Assembly: GCF_001194135.2 (NCBI RefSeq)
Contig: NC_068982.1
Coordinates: forward strand, 94,851,476 to 94,905,982
Source: Octopus bimaculoides
Taxonomy: Eukaryota
Direction: 5' to 3'
Length of the DNA: 54,507 nucleotides
A program made the position numbers and the translations under genes. The notes under the pieces are model-generated. The model was given only the letters and a program-made list of their open reading frames with translations, did not search any database and was not told the origin of the DNA. Position 1 is the first letter of the stretch; every line of letters begins with the position of its first letter. This document shows positions 48,068 through 54,507 of this stretch, in pieces.

Positions 48068-51000
48068 TGTTGTATAGTGAAACAGTATGCCTCTTCCGGT
48101 AAAAAGCGGTAGGAATCAGACTTTATAAATAGACCAGTAGCTGGTCGTCTAGACAGGGTCGAGAGTTGAAATGTTCTAGTCTATATCTTGTGGAGCTATC
48201 AATGATAGTAAGACAGAAGTTAATGTATTACTATTGCAATACGAAGGGATGCAACGGTATCCGATGACTAGTAACTTTTGTGGTTACTAGCGTAAAACAA
48301 CAACTATAATACAACGGTAGTCACACATCAAAACAGTGGGAGAAACCCACTGTACAACAGTGACGACGGGGAAAAACAAATTTACACGGAGTGAAAAATA
48401 AAACATTCACACGGAGAGTTTAAACAAATTCACATGGAAAATTATATAACTCGACAAAAAAGAAACAAAAATTACTTACGAAAAAGCAATCTTACGAAGA
48501 TCGTAAAATATGGAAGACTTGTTAGCTGGGGTAGTTGAGTTGCAAAAACAGCAACAACAACTACAAGTCAAGGAACATCGAGAACAAGAATAAGGATTGC
48601 AGCAGCAAATGTTACAACTAATGAAGTTGATAACCAAACCGGAGAATACATTTTCGCCTGACCATGTTGCAAATTCGATAAGCGAATTCTAATATGACCC
48701 CGAAGAAGGAAGGACTAACCTTGGAGACTTACTGTCACAGATTTGATCAAATTTTTGGAAAAGAATGTCAAAATGAAAACGCGTCTAGTTTTGAGAAAAC
48801 TAGCGACAGCAGAGTATGAGAGGTATAGTAAATTCATATTGCCAAAAAAAAAAAACCTCCGACATAAATTTCACCGACACAGTTGGCATTTTGTGCAAAA
48901 TGTTTACTGAAAAGAGCTCACTACTTAATACTAGATGGAAATGTTTAAACATAGAAAGGAGCGAAGATGAAGACTTCACTACTTACACAGGCAGAGTCAA
49001 CAGAGAATGTGAAAGATTTTAGACTGGATATGCTTACTCCAGATTCTTTTCAGCGTTTGATTTCTGCACGAAGATTCACAGGTAAAAGGGATGCAGAAAT
49101 CCAAACTAAAATTCTAGTAAAACTAGAAATGAACCAGTATCTGACATTGCAGAAACCGTCGGAAAAGTGTGACATGATATTAAAATAAAGGTATGACACG
49201 GAAGAAATTCAACACCATTGTAAAGAAGTCAGAAGTCAAATAAAGTGTTGCAGAAAAACAGAAAAGATATCGGGATGTAGACCCATATATGGCAAATGGT
49301 GGGATGCACCTTAAAAAAGATTGTCCGTATAAAAAAATCAATGTTTCCGCTGTGGGTTTACAGGACATATAAAATTGCACTGAAAGACTAGAATGATAGG
49401 AAAATGGAACAAACAAGAAAAATAGTTTGTCAGCAGGAAAATTTGTGACTACAACAGACAGAAAACTCGTGAATGTGAAAATTGAAACGATTAGAAACGG
49501 GAAGTGACATCACAATCATACATGAGAAAACATGGCAACAAATGGGTTAACCAAAATTATATAGTCTAAACAAAATAGCGTATGGTATTACGGTAAGAAA
49601 ATTATATTTCACGAGTGAATGTGTGTGTAATATAAAGTTCAAAGATTGATAAAAAAAAAAAAGTGAATGCTTGTGTGTTGAAAAATCCATGAATTTATTT
49701 GGCACCGAATGTATGGAGAAATTAAAATTGTGTGATGCACCCATAAGCACTTTGTGCAATAATGTAAACGGAGCAGTCAAACGATCGAACGGGGTCGATG
49801 AACTGAAACAAAAAAAAAGTGATATGGAACGTCGTGTAATTTTGGAATAACTAAAAAGAAATGCGATAAACGACAAATTTATTAATGAGACAAAAAGAAA
49901 ACTGTGGTCGACAAAAGGAAATAAGGAAAAGTTTGATGCAAAGAACCGCCAAGATGTGGCCTAAAAGTGCATTTTGAAGAGGATGGTCATATCACAAACA
50001 TTACAGAAGAGATGCTAAAAGAGTTCTACGTAGGGCTCCCAGGCATCTCTAGAATGAAAGTGCTAAAGCGAAGTTTCGTATACTGGCCAAGCATGGACAA
50101 GGAAATTGAAAGCCAGGTAAAAGGCTGCAGAGGATGTGCGCTAGTAGCAAAACTACTAACTACAAAATGTGAACCTTGGCCGGAATAAAAAATACCATGG
50201 TCCCGATTGCATATCGACTTTGCAGGCCCGGTAAATAGATATTACTTTATAGTAGTGGACAGCCACACAAACTGGCCTGATGTCGCGTGGTGTAAACGAT
50301 CAACCTCATATAAAGGAATAAACTTCGTACACGATCTGTTCGAAAGATTTGGTGTACCGGATATAATTGTCTCTGATAACGGAACACAGTTTGTGCCCCG
50401 TGAGTTTAAAAGATTCTGTAAGATGTTCACGTTAGAACATAGAAATTTAGCACCGTATCACCCTAGATCGAACAGAAGAGCCGAAAGGTTCGTGGACACT
50501 TTTCAGGGAGCTTTAAAGAAAGCTAATAAGGAAGCCACGGACGAGGTCGCGAGCCAGCAATTCTTAAGGGTATATATGGTAACTTTGAACCCAAATGCAC
50601 CAGAAGGATGTTCACCAGCAGAATTAGTGTTTACCAGAAAGGTGAAGTCAGTATTCGATAAACTGTTATCAATGAAGGAAAAAATACGTGCTGGTAAAGA
50701 CATGCCAAAATGCTTTAGAATCGGTGATAAGGTATATGTATGAATATACAAAAATGGCAAGTAATACTGGGAAGGTAAAATTGTAACATACATAGGAAGC
50801 ATGATTTATGGTGTAGGAAGCAGAAATGGAATGGAAAGGAAACATCGAAATCAACTTCAGGAAAGAGACACAGAAAAAGAAACAAGAATAGAAATACCAA
50901 TGGATTGGTTATATGACACTTTTCACGTTCCAACACTGTTACAATAAGTCAAAACTACGCATACAAGGAAGTGGAAGAACACTAAATTCCTAAAAATAGA

Positions 51001-51376
51001 CCCTAAGAAGAAACGATATTGAGTATATAAAAAGAACAGAGTATGTAGGTTAAATAAAAGAAATCGATTGTTAAATAAAATAATTAAAACAGATGTAAAC
51101 CACACCAGGTAAAAATGTGGTAGCAACCAGCGATTATAAATTTACCAGTAACCGGTCGTCAAGACAGAGTCGAGAGTCGTAAAGTTAAGAATCGACAGTT
51201 CTAGTTGGTGTCTTGTGAAGCTATCAGCGATAGTAAGACAGAAGAAGTTAGTGTATTGCTATTCCGGTACGAAGAGATGCAAGGGTATCCGATGACTAGT
51301 AGCTATTGTGGATAAACAACAACAAAGTACAACGGCAGCCACACATCACAGCAGTGGTAGAAACCCACTTTACACA
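48068..51376 (+). mobile_element. Ty3/Gypsy (Mag-like) LTR retrotransposon 2, RT/RNase H deleted
   Basis: LTRs 48068-48359 and about 51069-51376 (shared ttataaat..ccagta..ggtcgtc.agacag.gtcgagag ... agaaacccact.taca); degenerate PBS gtgacgacggg; gag and protease remnants; integrase 50207..50743 (HIDFAGP, SDNGTQF, PYHPRSN..AERFV); no clean TSD. Confidence 0.9.
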
Positions 51377-51454
51377 TATATACGTGTGTATGTGCGTGTG
51401 TGTTTTAACATATGGCCTAAAAGTGCATTTTGAAGAAATTTTATTTCTTATTTC

Positions 51455-51672
51455 TTTATTGTCCACAAAGTGCTAAACATAGAGGGGACAAACAAGGACA
51501 GACAAAGGGGTTAAGTCGATTACATCAACCTCAGTGCGTAACTGGTACTTAATTTATCGACACCGAAAGGATGAAAGGCAAAGTCGACCTCGGCGGAATT
51601 TGAACTCAGAACATAAAGACAGACGAAATACTACTAAGCATTTCGCACGGCTTGCTAACGCTTCTGCCAGCT
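51455..51672 (-). mobile_element. SINE family B, well conserved
   Basis: Reverse complement of head, core and tail. Confidence 0.88.
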
Positions 51673-51762
51673 CCCCGGCATTCGAAGAAATTCTATTTCT
51701 GTAAATAAAAAAAGGGAAGAAGAGTATGAGAGAGACAGAGAAGGAAGAAACAATACACAAAA

Positions 51763-51911
51763 GAAGGTAAAAGGCAAAGAAAGTATAAACATGATTAATG
51801 ACGAGTGATAGCGAATGAAGGTAAAAGGCAAAGAAAGTATAAACATGATTAATGACGAGTGATAGCGAATGAAGGTAAAAGGCAAAGAAAGTATAAACAT
51901 GATTAATGACG
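51763..51911. repeat. 54-bp perfect tandem repeat, 2.75 copies
   Basis: GAAGGTAAAAGGCAAAGAAAGTATAAACATGATTAATGACGAGTGATAGCGAAT units starting at 51763, 51817 and 51871. Confidence 0.97.
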
Positions 51912-53019
51912 TGTAATAGGGAATGTAAAAAAAACTTAGCTTTACTGAAATAAACTTTTCAAAATGAAAGGCTACATGCTTCATTACACAACGCTATTGA
52001 GGGATAGTTGCGATCTAACTTATTATCTTGAAATATGTGGAAATATTAATTAGAAACAAAATGGCACTAATGAGACAAAAAATATACTTTTACTTAACGT
52101 TGATGAACTAATGAAGGTAGGATTGTTGAAGAGATCAGCATTTTTATTAAGCAAAACAGCCATTACAAAGCATACACAAAATACAGGTATGCCATGAAAA
52201 ATATCAGTGAAGTAGTTAAAGATCGAAAGGAAGAAGATTTTTCTTTTTCTTCTGTAATCGGAATCATTGGTGTTCAAACACAGAAGGCCGAAAACTATTT
52301 TCGGAAAAGAGAAGAAATAAGATAAAACGAAAACAGAACTGAAAAAAAATGTGCTGCCAATTGTTTCTTTATTTCAAATCAATTACTCGTTCCGGTAAAT
52401 TAGAATATCAAGTTACTGTTTTGCTTCACCGCACAATAATGCTGGCCTCAATTGCACATTACATCGGACGCCTGTTATTTACAATATTTATAAATGTGTT
52501 TGTAAGAATATATGTATATATACATATGTGTATGTATGAATGTATAGATTTACACATCGTTTTCTTCCGAATGTAGAAAAAATATTGTTAAAAATTAGTA
52601 TAAGTAGAAGAGCAAATAGGCTATAAAAATATAAAACATTACTAGAAATGTTTTTCATTACCTCTCATGTAACTTATTCACTAGTTTAACAAAGCATTTT
52701 CTTTCATTGTTCTGTGCATGTGTATATGTATGTATACGTATGTGTTGTATTCTAATTTTCCCCAGTAATTATCTCTGTTAATTTTTGGCACTTCACAAAA
52801 AGTTGGTAAGCTTCTGATCAGCTTTCCTTTACACCATGTTAACCACTTTTGTTGTACCGTGTGATGTAATTTGCTACATTATGGTTTGTGGTGTCTGAAA
52901 TCCTGTATATTCATTCTTTGGGTGTTTGCAAACTAGATACGAAACTAACAGTAACGGCTTTCATGTTCTGAACTGTAATGTATTTATGTTACTATAACTA
53001 ATTCCAACAAATACACGTA

Positions 53020-53200
53020 TGTATATATTTATGTATGTATGTATTGTAAGTATGTATATACGTATGTATTGCATGTATGTATTTATTGTATGTATGTTTG
53101 TATGTATGTATGTATGTATATATGCATGTATGCATCTATGTATGTATTGTACTATGTATGCATGTATGTATGTATGTATGTATGTGTGTTTGTAAGTATG
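53020..53200. repeat. Degenerate (TATG)n microsatellite
   Basis: Directly visible. Confidence 0.95.
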
Positions 53201-53624
53201 CGTGTAATATGCTTTCTTGTTTTTTAGTTTACAATAAATTCTTCCTTTGTAACATCTGCGTGTGTGTGTGCATGTGTGTGAGCGCACTCGCACGCGCGCG
53301 TGTGTGTTTGAGTGTTTATGAGTTTACCCGTTCATAAGAACACTATCAGGCCTGCAGGCCACTTGGAATATAGAAATCAGTGTGTAAAATTTGAGTGTCA
53401 GCATGATTTCTCCTTCAAAATACATTTTCTGTTTTGCCCGAAGATACTTGATGGGTTGAATAAGGATGCTTTTTACACTTATTATATACCAAATCAAATT
53501 AAAGCGACAGATATACACATATATGCGTATGAACCTAACCATAGTGTTAGATGTGGGGATCGTAGTTGGGAGTGGTGGTCTACATTCATAGTGGAGTCTA
53601 TCGTAATGGTGGTGGGGTTGACGA

Positions 53625-53627
53625 CAG

Positions 53628-53677
<50 letters not shown>
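53625..53677. repeat. (GAT)n microsatellite
   Basis: Directly visible; source of the poly-M artefact ORF. Confidence 0.97.
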
Positions 53678-53957
53678 TCAAACTGGTCAAGTTGGAGATG
53701 GCGATGACTGTAATGCAGTAGAGATGAAGATGGAGTCGGTGAGGATGTATATATTATTGGGAAGCTGATACTGGGACGGTGGTATTTGTTAATCTCCTTG
53801 TTGCATTGCAGTTCAAAATTTTATTCAGTCTGAAATGTGGCATTAAAGCAGCCATTAATATTCTTCAATGATAAAAATAACCTAGAAATATATATGCAAA
53901 ATAACATAGAAGATGAAATTGATTTAGTATCAAATCTACTATAAAAGTAAATATATA

Positions 53958-54075
53958 GGCGCAGACTTGTCCGTGTGGTGAAGAATAATGAATTGCAAAC
54001 ATGTATTTTCGGGCTCAGTTCCACTTTGTAGCATCTTCAGCAAGTATTTCCTATTGTAGCTTCATGCTGAACGAT
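53958..54075 (+). mobile_element. SINE family A, 5' part
   Basis: ggcgcagacttgtccgtgtggtgaagaa...ctcagttccact...gcaagtattt aligns with 941-1075. Confidence 0.7.
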
Positions 54076-54099
54076 GCCTTGTCAGTGAATTTGTTTGAT

Positions 54100-54179
54100 G
54101 GTTACACACACACGCACGCACACATACACACACACGCACATACAAACACACAAACACACACACACACAAACACACACAT

Positions 54180-54232
<53 letters not shown>

Positions 54233-54253
54233 CATATATATATATAGATAGAC

Positions 54254-54284
<31 letters not shown>

Positions 54285-54393
54285 CAGATAGATAAACAGA
54301 CAGACAGATATCCAAGCAGGCAGACAGACAGACAGTCAAACAGACAGGCAGACTAACAAACAGACTGGCAGACTAACAAACAGACAGACAGAC

Positions 54394-54432
<39 letters not shown>
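54100..54432. repeat. Compound (CA)n(TA)n(GATA)n(GACA)n microsatellite
   Basis: Directly visible. Confidence 0.97.
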
Positions 54433-54507
54433 AAGAAAGAAGGAAACATAGATAACTTTCTTTTATTAGCCACACAGGGCTGCACACAGAGGGGACAGAT
54501 ACAGCTG

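Noticed and set aside
51763-51911. CRISPR-like array (also 6218-6276)
   Set aside because: Contiguous tandem units without unique spacers, in eukaryotic context, with no cas genes.

Overview
AT-rich, repeat-dense eukaryotic genomic DNA with five assembly N-gaps. The repeat inventory (tRNA-head SINEs, R4/Dong-like, RTE, Tx1 and Penelope retroelements, long (TA)n/(CA)n/(TAA)n/(GATA)n arrays) points to a coleoid cephalopod, probably Octopus; this is inference, with no database search. No intact named gene, rRNA, tRNA or CRISPR is supported. Most ORF-track entries are microsatellite artefacts or decayed transposon fragments. Elements I could delimit: a Gypsy LTR element (13139-18070, GATGG target duplication) inserted into a Dong/R4 LINE and carrying a Tx1 LINE in its 3' LTR, a second internally deleted Gypsy (48068-51376), a Penelope element, a mariner, Helitron derivatives and many SINEs. 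Short plus-strand exon-like segments (1.9-4.6 kb and 38.8-39.2 kb) suggest the window may be mostly intronic to an unidentified coiled-coil gene. The most notable structures are a 320-bp near-perfect foldback (5266-5585), two hammerhead-ribozyme-like motifs in Penelope termini, a chimeric SINE, and short locally templated insertions inside both Gypsy elements.
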